NCBI GenBank assembly: GCA_026707735.1
Contig: JAPOWH010000012.1
Coordinates: 77,990-141,989, forward strand
Direction: 5' to 3'
DNA: 64,000 nucleotides
From: Gammaproteobacteria bacterium
GTDB lineage: Bacteria; Pseudomonadota; Gammaproteobacteria; Pseudomonadales; Azotimanducaceae
Made by a program: the position numbers and the translations under genes. The notes below the pieces were generated by a model. The model saw only the letters and a program-made list of their open reading frames with translations. It was not told where the DNA came from and ran no database searches. Below are positions 9,059-18,624 of this stretch, in pieces. The stretch's first letter is position 1; each line of letters opens with the position of its first letter.

Positions 9059-9553
9059 TTAGTCATCAAGTGCTAGTCGTTTTCTCCTTAACCGATTCAA
9101 CAGACTAGACAACGCGTTGGTCGAATTGAGTTCGCACTCCCAAATTACAATCACATCAAATCCCGCTTTGCGTAGATCCTTGAGATTTCGCTTGTCGCGT
9201 TCTTTGTTGTTCTTGAATTTATTGATCCAGTATTCCCTATTGGAGCTAGGTATTGACGCATAGGGGCAGTTATCGTGTCTATGCCAAAAGCACCCATGAA
9301 CGAGAATGACTGTTTGGTACCTCGGCAAAACTATGTCGGGTGTTCCTGGTAAGTTTCGATTATGCAACCGAAACCGAAACCCATTGGCATGCAGAAATCT
9401 GCGGACAAGCAACTCAGGCTTTGAGTTCTTGCTGCGAATGCGCCCCATTATCTCGCTGCGCTTTTGCGTAGTTACCGTATCCAACTTATTCGCCCGAATT
9501 GTTGCGCTCAGACTCGAACAATGTGCAGTAGGTAATGGATCGCGGCAGCCCAA
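9059..9553 (-). CDS. vsr: Very short patch repair (T:G mismatch) endonuclease
   Basis: Contains RSEIMGRIRSKNSKPE, PGTPDIVLPRY..VILVHGCFWHRH and IVIWECEL. The start is either TTG at 9553, which abuts the ppk2 stop, or TTG at 9484. Confidence 0.9.
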   Translation of the reverse strand: MGCRDPLPTAHCSSLSATIRANKLDTVTTQKRSEIMGRIRSKNSKPELLVRRFLHANGFRFRLHNRNLPGTPDIVLPRYQTVILVHGCFWHRHDNCPYASIPSSNREYWINKFKNNKERDKRNLKDLRKAGFDVIVIWECELNSTNALSSLLNRLRRKRLALDD

Positions 9554-10363
9554 TCACTTGTAGATCTTCGGGATTAGGTTTTGTGATTCAAATGGTGGCC
9601 GACTATAAGCTTCGTCTTGAGGTCGTCTTGAGAGTTTTGGAGTTTTTTTCTCAACCTTTTCGTACGGAACCATGCTAAGGAGATGGTGGATGCAATTCAG
9701 ACGGGCGAGATGCTTGTTATCGCCGTCGACCACGAACCATGGCGCGTCCGTGGTGGAAGTACGTTCAAGCATCGTATCCTTGGCTCTTGAGTAGTCGACC
9801 CACTTCAAACGCGATTGCAGATCCATTTCGCTAAGTTTCCAGGACTTGTGGGGTTCATTCACGCGGTTGCGAAATCGTTTTTCTTGCACTTCGTCCGAAA
9901 CAGAGAACCAGTACTTTATCAGTTGAATGTCGGAGCGGACTAGCATGCTCTCGAATAGAGGCACCGATACCAGAAAATCCTCGTATTCTGCTTGAGTGCA
10001 AAACCCCATGACGTGTTCTACACCAGCTCGGTTGTACCAACTTCTATCGAAAATGACAATCTCTCCGCCGGAGGGAAGATGCTCGACATAACGTTGGAAG
10101 TACCATTGTGTGCGTTCTTCCTCATTTGGCGATGGAAGCGCCACGACCCTACAGTGACGGGGACGCAAGTACTCCGTGATGCGCTTAATGCAACTACCTT
10201 TACCAGCGGCGTCACGACCCTCAAAAATGACGACTATTTTCTTATCTTGCTGTATGACCCATTCGAGCATGTCGGTCAATTGAACCTGTAGTCCGTGCAG
10301 CTCTTCCGCGTACTGTGCGTCGGTCAATTGCCTGCGTTTCTTTGCTGTTCGGAGTTTCGACAC
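9554..10363 (-). CDS. ppk2: Polyphosphate kinase 2 family protein
   Basis: Contains VVIFEGRDAAGKG (a P-loop), FQRY and FDRSWYNRAGVE. Confidence 0.9.
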   Translation of the reverse strand: MSKLRTAKKRRQLTDAQYAEELHGLQVQLTDMLEWVIQQDKKIVVIFEGRDAAGKGSCIKRITEYLRPRHCRVVALPSPNEEERTQWYFQRYVEHLPSGGEIVIFDRSWYNRAGVEHVMGFCTQAEYEDFLVSVPLFESMLVRSDIQLIKYWFSVSDEVQEKRFRNRVNEPHKSWKLSEMDLQSRLKWVDYSRAKDTMLERTSTTDAPWFVVDGDNKHLARLNCIHHLLSMVPYEKVEKKTPKLSRRPQDEAYSRPPFESQNLIPKIYK

Positions 10364-10532
10364 GTTCCCGCTCTCCCAATCGCCCTCCTAGCTCATTCTA
10401 CGAGTAGACAATCGCTATTGCTCTTCAAACATTTCAGGCAGACAAGCTTTCCTGAAGTGGCCAAGGCAATTGTCCGTCAGCCGAACTATTGCAATCTTGA
10501 CATTGCACTTGTCGGGATGGTTCGTGAGAAAT

Positions 10533-12191
10533 TTAACTGGGCGCGCTGTTCATGCTCTCATACATTTTTAAAAATGTACTTGAGGAATCACGCTTATTTT
10601 CTTGATATTGAACAATTTTAGTGAGAGACGACTCAATTTCTTTCCGATCCGACTCAAACTTGCTCAGATTGCGTGCGTACAGAGAGTGGTTGAGTCGATT
10701 GATAATGGCTCGAGTCGAGTCGTTCGATTCTAACAACCTAAGAGCAGTGGTTTGCGAAATTTTGAGGTGCAGAGTTAGCCACTCCACCATGCCTGACTTA
10801 ACTTCACGCGCGTCGCCACTAGCAAGCCTTGAACGTATGAATTTGTAGTCGATACTTGCTGTTGAAGGTGCTGCTCTCGGCTGCTTTATGCGCTGGCTGA
10901 TATACAAATAGCCAAATATCAGCGCAAGCGACCATCCTAGTCCAATAACCACGTTTAACCACCACTCTGGAACACTCGAAATTGCTAAGAAATTTCCGTC
11001 TTGCTGTTCTGCATCGGTTGACATTCCCGAAGTCTCGTCGAATGTGCTACCAGCTAGGGGGTCGGGAGCGACGACTAGATTTCGACCGCCTATGACCGTT
11101 TGGACTAGCTCGTCAGTTTCAGTATTCCACCAATAAATTGGAGTATCTGGTACAGAATATTCGCCTGGTTCCGTAAGCAAAAGAGATTCGGATTGTGTTC
11201 GTTTGCCTACGATTCTTGCGATTAGTGCCGAATCCTCTAAACGTGGGGTAGTGGGATATTGTCGGATTGCATCGGGAACGGGAAGATCAATTTCTGGAAT
11301 GCCCGTGCTGTGGGCATCCGTAGCGCTTATAGTTACTTCTCTAATAATCGTGTCGCCTGCATGTAGTTGCTGTAGGTCAGCTACAGCCAGACTATCTGAA
11401 ATCCGAACTTCTCGCGCCGGAAACCAGTCTTGATCTGCAGGAAACTCACTAGGAATTGGCAATATTTCCAGTGTTTCCTGGCTTGACGAGACCGCGAGCG
11501 AAAGATCTCGCGTGTCGAGAGCGACGCGAACGGGAACATCTGTGGGAGGAATCACCATTTCCCCACTTCGTTCGGGAAATAGGACAAAGCGTTGAACTAG
11601 CACGTTGTAGTTGCGTTCTGCCCTAAAGGCATAGGTTCGCTCAATCTCGCCCACAATTACGACCAATGCGTTTTCAATATCAGTCGGCAACGGTATATCT
11701 CGCCGAACAAGCACGTTGTTGGTGTAGTAGAGTTTTCTAGTGACATGTACTGCCGCTTGGACATACTGTCTACGCGAATCAATGTCGGTTTCAAAGAAAA
11801 CGTTCTCCCTCAATTGTTGCTTGATTTCTGCGTCCAATGCCCGAACGATGATCGTAATTGGGTCGGTCTTCTCGCCGCCGACCTCAAAAGATGGAATAGT
11901 TATGGATCCTATGCGTTTGGGCTGCAATTGAATAGAGAACGAGATTTTGGATCGAACCTTGCCATTAACGACGTTCAAGATCTCGTTACTACCTTGACCA
12001 TACGTGCGAAAGTCCATCTCCAGGACTGACCAGTCGGGCGGGTCATTGCCTTGTGTGGTCCCCTGTGACTCAATTGTCAGTGTTATGGATTGCGTTTCGT
12101 CAATGTCAGATTTGTCTACCCACGCGCGCACTGCTGCATGCAATTGAGCCGAAAGGCTCAAGACGATGAAGAAACACAGCGACCTCACCAC
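10533..12191 (-). CDS. BatD-family protein (last gene of the Bat/MoxR-VWA operon)
   Basis: Has a signal peptide (MVRSLCFFIVLSLSAQLHA) and a C-proximal TM segment (WWLNVVIGLGWSLALIFGYLYI). Its position and size match BatD. Confidence 0.65.
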   Translation of the reverse strand: MVRSLCFFIVLSLSAQLHAAVRAWVDKSDIDETQSITLTIESQGTTQGNDPPDWSVLEMDFRTYGQGSNEILNVVNGKVRSKISFSIQLQPKRIGSITIPSFEVGGEKTDPITIIVRALDAEIKQQLRENVFFETDIDSRRQYVQAAVHVTRKLYYTNNVLVRRDIPLPTDIENALVVIVGEIERTYAFRAERNYNVLVQRFVLFPERSGEMVIPPTDVPVRVALDTRDLSLAVSSSQETLEILPIPSEFPADQDWFPAREVRISDSLAVADLQQLHAGDTIIREVTISATDAHSTGIPEIDLPVPDAIRQYPTTPRLEDSALIARIVGKRTQSESLLLTEPGEYSVPDTPIYWWNTETDELVQTVIGGRNLVVAPDPLAGSTFDETSGMSTDAEQQDGNFLAISSVPEWWLNVVIGLGWSLALIFGYLYISQRIKQPRAAPSTASIDYKFIRSRLASGDAREVKSGMVEWLTLHLKISQTTALRLLESNDSTRAIINRLNHSLYARNLSKFESDRKEIESSLTKIVQYQENKRDSSSTFLKMYESMNSAPS

Positions 12192-14026
12192 CGTTGGTCC
12201 GATTCCTTCAGGACGATTTCGCCACGCCGTAGCTTCTGAATTGATTCGTGCTGGAACTTTGCTTTCAGAAGATTTCCAGGTTCATCGGGAATGCGACGCA
12301 ACCACCGGTCAAATGCGTCTGCCATTTCTCGCTGATCTCCCTCCTGGGATGCGGCATCCGGCTGATCTGCTTCGCTGGAGTCTTCATTTGCTTGTTCTGA
12401 CGAGTCGTCTTCTTGCCGCTCGGAGTCCTCTGAGTCGGCGCCAGCATCCGACTGCTCGCTCTCCGGCTCGTCTTGATTCGAACTAAGAGCTTGGTCCGCG
12501 TTACTGGATTGGTCAGACCCTTCACCGTTTCCCTCCGAGGGTTCCGATGTGTCGGTCATTTCCTGTCCGGACTCGGACGGAATTTGCTCAGATCCTTCAT
12601 TCTCATTTTGGCTTGGTTGTCCTTGCTGTTCGTCCACAGCCTGCTGTTGCATTTGCTGCAAGGCTTGAGTCAGGAGATCTCTATTGAACGCGGCATCCTC
12701 ATGGTCCGGGTCCTCGGCCAAAACCTCGTCGTAGACACCAATTGCCTCCACTATTTGTCCAGTCTTGGCTAAGGCATTGCCAAGATTGAATTGAGAACGT
12801 ACGGTATCGTCTGACTCAAACAGTTCCGCTGCTTCTTCAAACTTGTTGCTGCGATACTTCGCGACGGCCTGCCAACTGGGGTTTTCAAATAACCTCTCGG
12901 CATCGTCGTTGCGACCCTCTTCTAACGCGGCGCGCCCCTGATTGTCACGATTGACCCAGAGGTCGTCCTTCCAATCCGCTTGCAATGTTGGACCCAATGC
13001 GATTAGAAAAACAACGACCGCACCTTTGCGTAGTCCAAAAACGATCAACAAAGCGATGGGTATAAGCAGCAGATAGCCGGAATCGTTCCATTGATCAAAT
13101 TCTCGGTCTGCAACCCGTGTTGTCTTGTCGCGTCCAATCCATCCGCCGTCGAAAAATGCCGAGACATCGTTGTCTCCGAGCGCTAGATCGCTGTAGGTGC
13201 CCCGCGTCAACTTAGCCAAAGCGCTTAGTTTCTCACGGTCTAGCTTGGCTATGACAGGGTTTTCCTGCGCGTCCACAACGTGATTGATTGATCCATCTCG
13301 GCCGACTATTGGAATCGGTCCACCTTCTTCTGTGCCGATACCTATGACATGCACAGGAATGCCGTTGAAGTCAATGTCACTCAATTCCTTTGGATCCTCG
13401 ATGTCGTCGGCAAGTACGAGTATGCGCCCATTGCCAGTGGACCCCTTCGCTAACAGTTCAAGTGCAAGCTCCAGTGCCATGCGAGTCTTACTTCCAGGAA
13501 TGGGCATGATTGACGGATCCAACGAGGAGACAAGATGCTCGATCGTGTTGGTATCGTTGGTTAACGGCGTTACGACATGAGCATCTCCGGCGTAGGCAAC
13601 TAGCGCAGTACTTCCCTCGCTGCGATTGCGCAAAATGTCGGTAACCTTCTGCTTGGCGCGAACGACCCGCGATGGCGCGATGTCTTCTGCGTTCATGCTG
13701 AAGGAAAGGTCCAAGACAATCACAAGATCGTCGTCCTTGCGATCAACTGGTTGCGGCAATTGCTCCCAACAGGGACCGGCCAGTGCCAAGACAATGAGAA
13801 TGGCGGAAACAAAGGCGAATATCTCGAATATGCGATGCAACTTTTGAATAGCAGACTTGGGCATTAGCGCTGCGAGCAACTCTGGGGACAAAGCGGCACT
13901 CCAACCACTTGAATTTGTCCTGTATTTCCTCCGTAGGAAGTAGATCACTGGCACGATTGCCAGTCCAAGTAGCCACCAAGGCCTCAGAAAGTGAAAGTCT
14001 TGCAGGCGTGCAATCCAATCGCTCAC
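12185..14026 (-). CDS. VWA + TPR protein (BatB-like) with a long acidic low-complexity region
   Basis: Contains FHFLRPWWLL, the VWA MIDAS-type motif VIVLDLSFSM, a TPR segment, and the conserved tail RWLRRIPDEPGNLLKAKF. The likely GTG start at 14024-14026 forms a GTGA overlap with the upstream stop. The ORF track allows a start at 14080. Confidence 0.75.
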   Translation of the reverse strand: MSDWIARLQDFHFLRPWWLLGLAIVPVIYFLRRKYRTNSSGWSAALSPELLAALMPKSAIQKLHRIFEIFAFVSAILIVLALAGPCWEQLPQPVDRKDDDLVIVLDLSFSMNAEDIAPSRVVRAKQKVTDILRNRSEGSTALVAYAGDAHVVTPLTNDTNTIEHLVSSLDPSIMPIPGSKTRMALELALELLAKGSTGNGRILVLADDIEDPKELSDIDFNGIPVHVIGIGTEEGGPIPIVGRDGSINHVVDAQENPVIAKLDREKLSALAKLTRGTYSDLALGDNDVSAFFDGGWIGRDKTTRVADREFDQWNDSGYLLLIPIALLIVFGLRKGAVVVFLIALGPTLQADWKDDLWVNRDNQGRAALEEGRNDDAERLFENPSWQAVAKYRSNKFEEAAELFESDDTVRSQFNLGNALAKTGQIVEAIGVYDEVLAEDPDHEDAAFNRDLLTQALQQMQQQAVDEQQGQPSQNENEGSEQIPSESGQEMTDTSEPSEGNGEGSDQSSNADQALSSNQDEPESEQSDAGADSEDSERQEDDSSEQANEDSSEADQPDAASQEGDQREMADAFDRWLRRIPDEPGNLLKAKFQHESIQKLRRGEIVLKESDQRW

Positions 14027-15003
14027 GAGCGAATCCACCAAAGAATCAAGAACAGAGCGAACGACGCGCCCAAGGGCCAATGAAACAACGATTTGATGGG
14101 ACGCAAAGTCTCGGGATCAAGTTCGATGGGCTCAATTGCCGCAATGTGCAGGTAGATTCTGGAGAGAGACTCCGTATCGCTTGCTTTGAAGAATTTTCCG
14201 CCAGTCTCGTCCGCAATGCTGCGTAGAGCTTCGGTGTTCATTGCGGGCCCACGAAATCTGAACATTCGTCGGCTACCGAATGTTCGAAAATCGGAAGGCT
14301 CTGATCCAATCCCAATCGTATGGATTCTCACATTGGCCTCCTTAGCTAGACGCACCGCCTCGTCTGGCGAAAGAGTTCCTTCATTGTGGGATCCGTCAGT
14401 CATTAGGATCAATATCCGGTGATCGATGGGTCGTTCTATGAGTCTCTTAACGGCCAGGCCAATCGTATCTCCAATGGCTGTTTGACCTCCTGCGATGCCG
14501 GTTGGAGCATCCTGTAGCAATTCGTTGACCGTCTCCAAGTCGAATGTCAGAGGGACATAGACGTAAGCGGAGGAACCAAACAGAATCAAACCGAGACGGT
14601 CCCCGATTCTCGACAAAATGAATGGCTCTACAACATGCTTGAGCGCTGCCAACCGCGACACCCGATTTCCCTCGATGGACATATCGTCCGTCGTCATACT
14701 TCCGGATATGTCCACAGCTAGAAGCATGTCCCGCCCGACAGTGGGCAAGGGAATCGGTTCACCAGTCCATTGTGGTCGCGCCAGCGCACCAACCAATAAA
14801 ACCCATGCCAAAAAAAGCACAAGAATTTTGAGCCACCTTCGATTGTCAATCCAGACATCTGTTGATGTGGATTCAAATCGAAATGCATCTACATCCGGCA
14901 CTGTTAGAGCAGCGTGTCTGCCGCTTACCCGCAAGGCGGCAAGCCGCATTATTGGAAAGAGAAGTACCAAACAAAACGCCCAGGGCCACAAAAATTCAAG
15001 CAT
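14023..15003 (-). CDS. VWA domain protein (BatA-like)
   Basis: Has N-terminal TM segments, the MIDAS-type motif MLLAVDISGSM, and LILMTDGSHNEG. Confidence 0.8.
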   Translation of the reverse strand: MLEFLWPWAFCLVLLFPIMRLAALRVSGRHAALTVPDVDAFRFESTSTDVWIDNRRWLKILVLFLAWVLLVGALARPQWTGEPIPLPTVGRDMLLAVDISGSMTTDDMSIEGNRVSRLAALKHVVEPFILSRIGDRLGLILFGSSAYVYVPLTFDLETVNELLQDAPTGIAGGQTAIGDTIGLAVKRLIERPIDHRILILMTDGSHNEGTLSPDEAVRLAKEANVRIHTIGIGSEPSDFRTFGSRRMFRFRGPAMNTEALRSIADETGGKFFKASDTESLSRIYLHIAAIEPIELDPETLRPIKSLFHWPLGASFALFLILWWIRS

Positions 15004-15526
15004 TGGCAGTCTTGCTCAATGGCGACGCTCGAAGCAAGGTGGTCTGCACAAGCTCCTGGAGTCCTGAATCCGTAAAGGCGTCTTCGATGTAACGCTTGGA
15101 TCCAAGACAGCGTCCTGCTCCCTCTACGAATGCTCGATTGTTAAATCTCTCTGCCAGAAAATCGAGCCATCGCGAACCGTATAGTTGGGTTGCCTCTTCC
15201 TGGCCTTCAATCTTCACTACAAGTTCCTTGAATAGAAGATTGATGGATGTCGCATACTCAAGCGCGTCTATCGAACCTGCATTTCTCCTGCGGTTCAATT
15301 CCCGCGCTGTCTCTCGAATTCTGGCATAGGGTCGTCTTCGGTTGTATTCCTGAAACAGCACCCATATGCCGAACACAATAATCGCAAGAACCAAAAAAGC
15401 CACTCCCCACCATCCAATCGGTATGGGCCAAAGCCCAGGTGGAGCAGGTTCGTGGATGTCGCGCAGCTGGTCCAGTATCTCGGACAGCGAATTAGCGGCC
15501 GAAATTGATGGGCTCCAAGTCATCAT
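14996..15526 (-). CDS. DUF4381-type membrane protein
   Basis: Contains LRDIHEPAPPGLWPIPIGWW followed by one TM segment. It lies between DUF58 and VWA, as in Bat operons. Confidence 0.6.
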   Translation of the reverse strand: MMTWSPSISAANSLSEILDQLRDIHEPAPPGLWPIPIGWWGVAFLVLAIIVFGIWVLFQEYNRRRPYARIRETARELNRRRNAGSIDALEYATSINLLFKELVVKIEGQEEATQLYGSRWLDFLAERFNNRAFVEGAGRCLGSKRYIEDAFTDSGLQELVQTTLLRASPLSKTANA

Positions 15527-16400
15527 CAGTAGAAAACGACGTAAACATCACATTGTGCTTTAAACACTTAGATCTCAATTCATCGAGTCTGTTGCCAAAT
15601 CTTTTCGTGTACTCGTCCCGCAGTTTCCTCCTACCACTATGGAATTCGATTTGCATCGTGCCATTCGTAACGGCATACATATTCGAGGGAGGCAGTGTTC
15701 TTTCAATCTCGTCATATACATGCACGAGTTGGAGATCGTTGTGACGTCCCCGCGTCAGCAAGCTAGTGATCTCGTCGTCGGCCATGCCTATGAAATCGCT
15801 AATGGCGACTATCCGATGGTGAGCGGGGGACACATGCTTCAACTGGGTCAACGCCCGTTGCCACAGCTTGCTCTTGTCTTGAATATCAGGATTAGTGTTT
15901 TCGGAGTACTTGAGCCTAACATTTGCATCGGCAATTGCACGGAGTAGCTTTACGACGGCTGTTCCGCTTCGAAATGGCTTGATGGTCTCAATTCCTTGAA
16001 TGCCTACGACAAGCCCGCCGACACGGTCTCGCTGGTTCAGAGCCCGCCATGCAAGTCGAGCCGCAATATCTGCAGCTGCAACTGACTTAAGCCGGTTCCT
16101 ACTTCCAAGAAACATCGACATGGTTTGATCGACCATGAGTAGTGTTGGACGCTCCCGCTCTTCTGTGAAGACCTTGGTGTGTGGAACTCGTTTACGTGCT
16201 GTAACATTCCAATCTATATTTCGGACATCGTCACCGGGCTGGTACAGGCGGACTTCATCAAAGTCCACTCCTCGCCCCCGCAGTACAGATCTACGTTCGC
16301 CTGCGACCACAGCTCTACTCTTCCTTCGACGATGTTTCGTGTAGGTGGCGGACGATAGACCAATCAAGTCTTCCAAACTCACATATACGCCGCTAAGCAT
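15492..16400 (-). CDS. DUF58 domain protein
   Basis: Contains LYQPGDDVRNIDWNVTAR and lies immediately downstream of the MoxR ATPase. Confidence 0.8.
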   Translation of the reverse strand: MLSGVYVSLEDLIGLSSATYTKHRRRKSRAVVAGERRSVLRGRGVDFDEVRLYQPGDDVRNIDWNVTARKRVPHTKVFTEERERPTLLMVDQTMSMFLGSRNRLKSVAAADIAARLAWRALNQRDRVGGLVVGIQGIETIKPFRSGTAVVKLLRAIADANVRLKYSENTNPDIQDKSKLWQRALTQLKHVSPAHHRIVAISDFIGMADDEITSLLTRGRHNDLQLVHVYDEIERTLPPSNMYAVTNGTMQIEFHSGRRKLRDEYTKRFGNRLDELRSKCLKHNVMFTSFSTDDDLEPINFGR

Positions 16401-16411
16401 GGACCTTTAGC

Positions 16412-17503
16412 CTAAGGTACCGGCACCATCTTGAGAGTCTCGTCCACCACCGCGTCGGGCGTTGTTCCCTCAGCTTCCGCTTCAAATGAAAGAATTATGC
16501 GGTGTCGCATTACGTCGTGTATGACCTTGTGCACATCATCAGGCGACACGTACTCCCGACCATCAAGCCAAGCTACAGTTCGTGCACTTTGATCTATTGC
16601 GATCGTTGCTCGCGGACTTGCGCCATATTCCACTCCACGTAAAGTCGATGAGCGTGTGTAAGAAACCAGCGCAACTATATAGCGTTCTATGGAGTCTGCC
16701 ATATACAGTTCTGAGATTTCCTTGCGTGCTCCAAATATTTCTGCTTCCGTCAGCACGAGCGGGGGAGGAGTTTCTCTTTCCAAGACTTCATTGCGTGCAA
16801 TCTTGAGAATCTCCAACTCATTTTGCGGCGGTGGGTAGGCAACGCGAATATGCATCAAGAATCTGTCTAGCTGAGCTTCGGGTAGGGGGTAGGTTCCCTC
16901 TTGTTCAATTGGGTTTTGCGTAGCCATCACGAGAAACAATCCAGGCAATTCAAACGTCTCCCGTCCTTGGGTCACCTGATGCTCGGCCATACCTTCCAGA
17001 AGTGCGGATTGGACCTTGGCTGGAGCACGGTTTACCTCATCCGCCAAAAGTAGGTTGTGAAAGATCGGTCCCTTTTGGAAATAAAAGGTACCATCTTCCG
17101 GTCGAAAAACCTCGGTGCCTGTGACATCACTTGGAAGCAAATCTGGAGTGAATTGAATTCGATGAAATTCACCCTCGACACCTTTTGCAAGCTCTTTGAC
17201 CACTCGCGTCTTTGCCAGGCCTGGAGCTCCTTCGACTAACAGGTGGCCTCCGCAGAGCAGCGCAATAATGAGACGTTGTGTCAGAATGGGTTGGCCAACG
17301 ACTCGAGTGTCTAACCAGTCGTTTAGCTCGCGAACTCTCTGGAGTGTCGTGCTCAAAGTGTTCCTGCCAAGTGATTCGTCTAAAACTGGTGCGATTGTAT
17401 TCATGGATGTATCCGACATTCCGTGCATTCGTTGGTTCACTCTTGACAACTCTTTTGACATTTTGATCATATAGATGCCACAAAGAGAAATTAGGCTACG
17501 CAT
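16412..17503 (-). CDS. MoxR-family AAA+ ATPase
   Basis: Contains Walker A GAPGLAKT and Walker B LLADEVNRA. The C-terminal region is typical of MoxR. The start is uncertain because several in-frame Met codons precede the conserved core. Confidence 0.9.
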   Translation of the reverse strand: MRSLISLCGIYMIKMSKELSRVNQRMHGMSDTSMNTIAPVLDESLGRNTLSTTLQRVRELNDWLDTRVVGQPILTQRLIIALLCGGHLLVEGAPGLAKTRVVKELAKGVEGEFHRIQFTPDLLPSDVTGTEVFRPEDGTFYFQKGPIFHNLLLADEVNRAPAKVQSALLEGMAEHQVTQGRETFELPGLFLVMATQNPIEQEGTYPLPEAQLDRFLMHIRVAYPPPQNELEILKIARNEVLERETPPPLVLTEAEIFGARKEISELYMADSIERYIVALVSYTRSSTLRGVEYGASPRATIAIDQSARTVAWLDGREYVSPDDVHKVIHDVMRHRIILSFEAEAEGTTPDAVVDETLKMVPVP

Positions 17504-17527
17504 TTCTCCAGTACTTGACGACCCGGC

Positions 17528-18541
17528 GTGTACACCTTAGTCCGGCCAATTCTCTTCTGGCTACCCCCGGAATGGTCGCATCTGGTTGTATTGAAAGCAC
17601 TGGCTGTTTTCGGGAGCCATGCTAATTCTCCATCCAGTCAAGACACGGTCAAAGTGGGTCAACTCAATTGTGCAAACAGAGTTGGCCTTGCGGCTGGATT
17701 CGACAAAGACGGCCTAGCCATACGAGGCTTGTGCAGCCTCGGATTTGGTTTCTTGGAACTAGGCGGAGTCACCCCTCGACCTCAGTCGGGAAACCGAGCT
17801 CCCCGGATTTTCAGACTCAAAAAGGACTCTGCGCTCATCAACCGCATGGGATTGAACAACGATGGCGTGGATGCGCTTGCAGAAAAGCTCGTGCGAACAG
17901 CGAATTCCACCCCAATTCCTATAGGAGTCAATATTGGTCGGAATTGGGACACTCCTAACTCTCAAGCGGTTGAAGATTACCTCTATTGCTTCCACCAAGT
18001 AAAATTCTTGGTTGATTTCGTTACGGTGAATATTTCATCGCCCAACACTCCAAACCTTCGCGAACTGCAGGACCAGCGACATGTTATGCCTCTCCTGCAT
18101 GAAATCATTGTGGCTAGAGATGCTCTTGCGCATACGAACAACACCTATGTGTCCGTGTTTGTGAAAATCTCTCCCGATATGAGTGTGGACGAGACGAAAG
18201 GGCTGTGTTTGGCTGTGAAGAGCTCGGGATGCGACGGAATAGTCGCAACAAACACTACAATTGACCGAAGTTTGCTAACAGATCGCAAACGTGGGGAAAT
18301 TGGGGGACTCAGCGGTAAACCCCTATTTGAACTTGCGTTGGAGCGTGTGCGATTGGTACGAAAAGTCGTTGGATCAAACTTTACTGTGATCGGATGCGGC
18401 GGTGTGCGGGATGCAAAGTCCGCTTGTCGCATCGTAGATGCTGGCGCTGACCTCGTCCAACTGTACACAGCAATGATTTACCGTGGCCCCGGTTGCATTC
18501 CCGCCATTGCCACAGCTTTGGAGGAGAATTCAGTCGGTTAA
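17528..18541 (+). CDS. pyrD: Dihydroorotate dehydrogenase (quinone), class 2
   Basis: Contains GLAAGFDKDG, NRMGLNNDG and ISSPNTPNLR. Uses a GTG start. Confidence 0.9.
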   Translation: MYTLVRPILFWLPPEWSHLVVLKALAVFGSHANSPSSQDTVKVGQLNCANRVGLAAGFDKDGLAIRGLCSLGFGFLELGGVTPRPQSGNRAPRIFRLKKDSALINRMGLNNDGVDALAEKLVRTANSTPIPIGVNIGRNWDTPNSQAVEDYLYCFHQVKFLVDFVTVNISSPNTPNLRELQDQRHVMPLLHEIIVARDALAHTNNTYVSVFVKISPDMSVDETKGLCLAVKSSGCDGIVATNTTIDRSLLTDRKRGEIGGLSGKPLFELALERVRLVRKVVGSNFTVIGCGGVRDAKSACRIVDAGADLVQLYTAMIYRGPGCIPAIATALEENSVG

Positions 18542-18624
18542 ATGCACCATGGGGAATGTCCCATATGTCCAGGATGCAGGATAGAGGACTTCTCAAAAAT
18601 CCCAGACTAGGGTAGGGAGGGAAT

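Noticed and set aside
6792-9553. Compositional (GC) deviation of the methyltransferase/ORF/vsr module as evidence of recent horizontal transfer
   Set aside because: Spot counts of 60-nt lines gave about 35-57% GC inside the genes, which is not clearly different from the rest of the window. Only the upstream spacer looks AT-rich. A proper sliding-window calculation is needed before making any such claim.
12325-12643. Acidic Asp/Glu/Ser/Gln-rich segment of the BatB-like gene, considered as a possible tandem DNA repeat
   Set aside because: Reading the DNA reveals no exact repeat unit. It is compositional low complexity inside an intact reading frame, followed by the conserved C-terminal tail.
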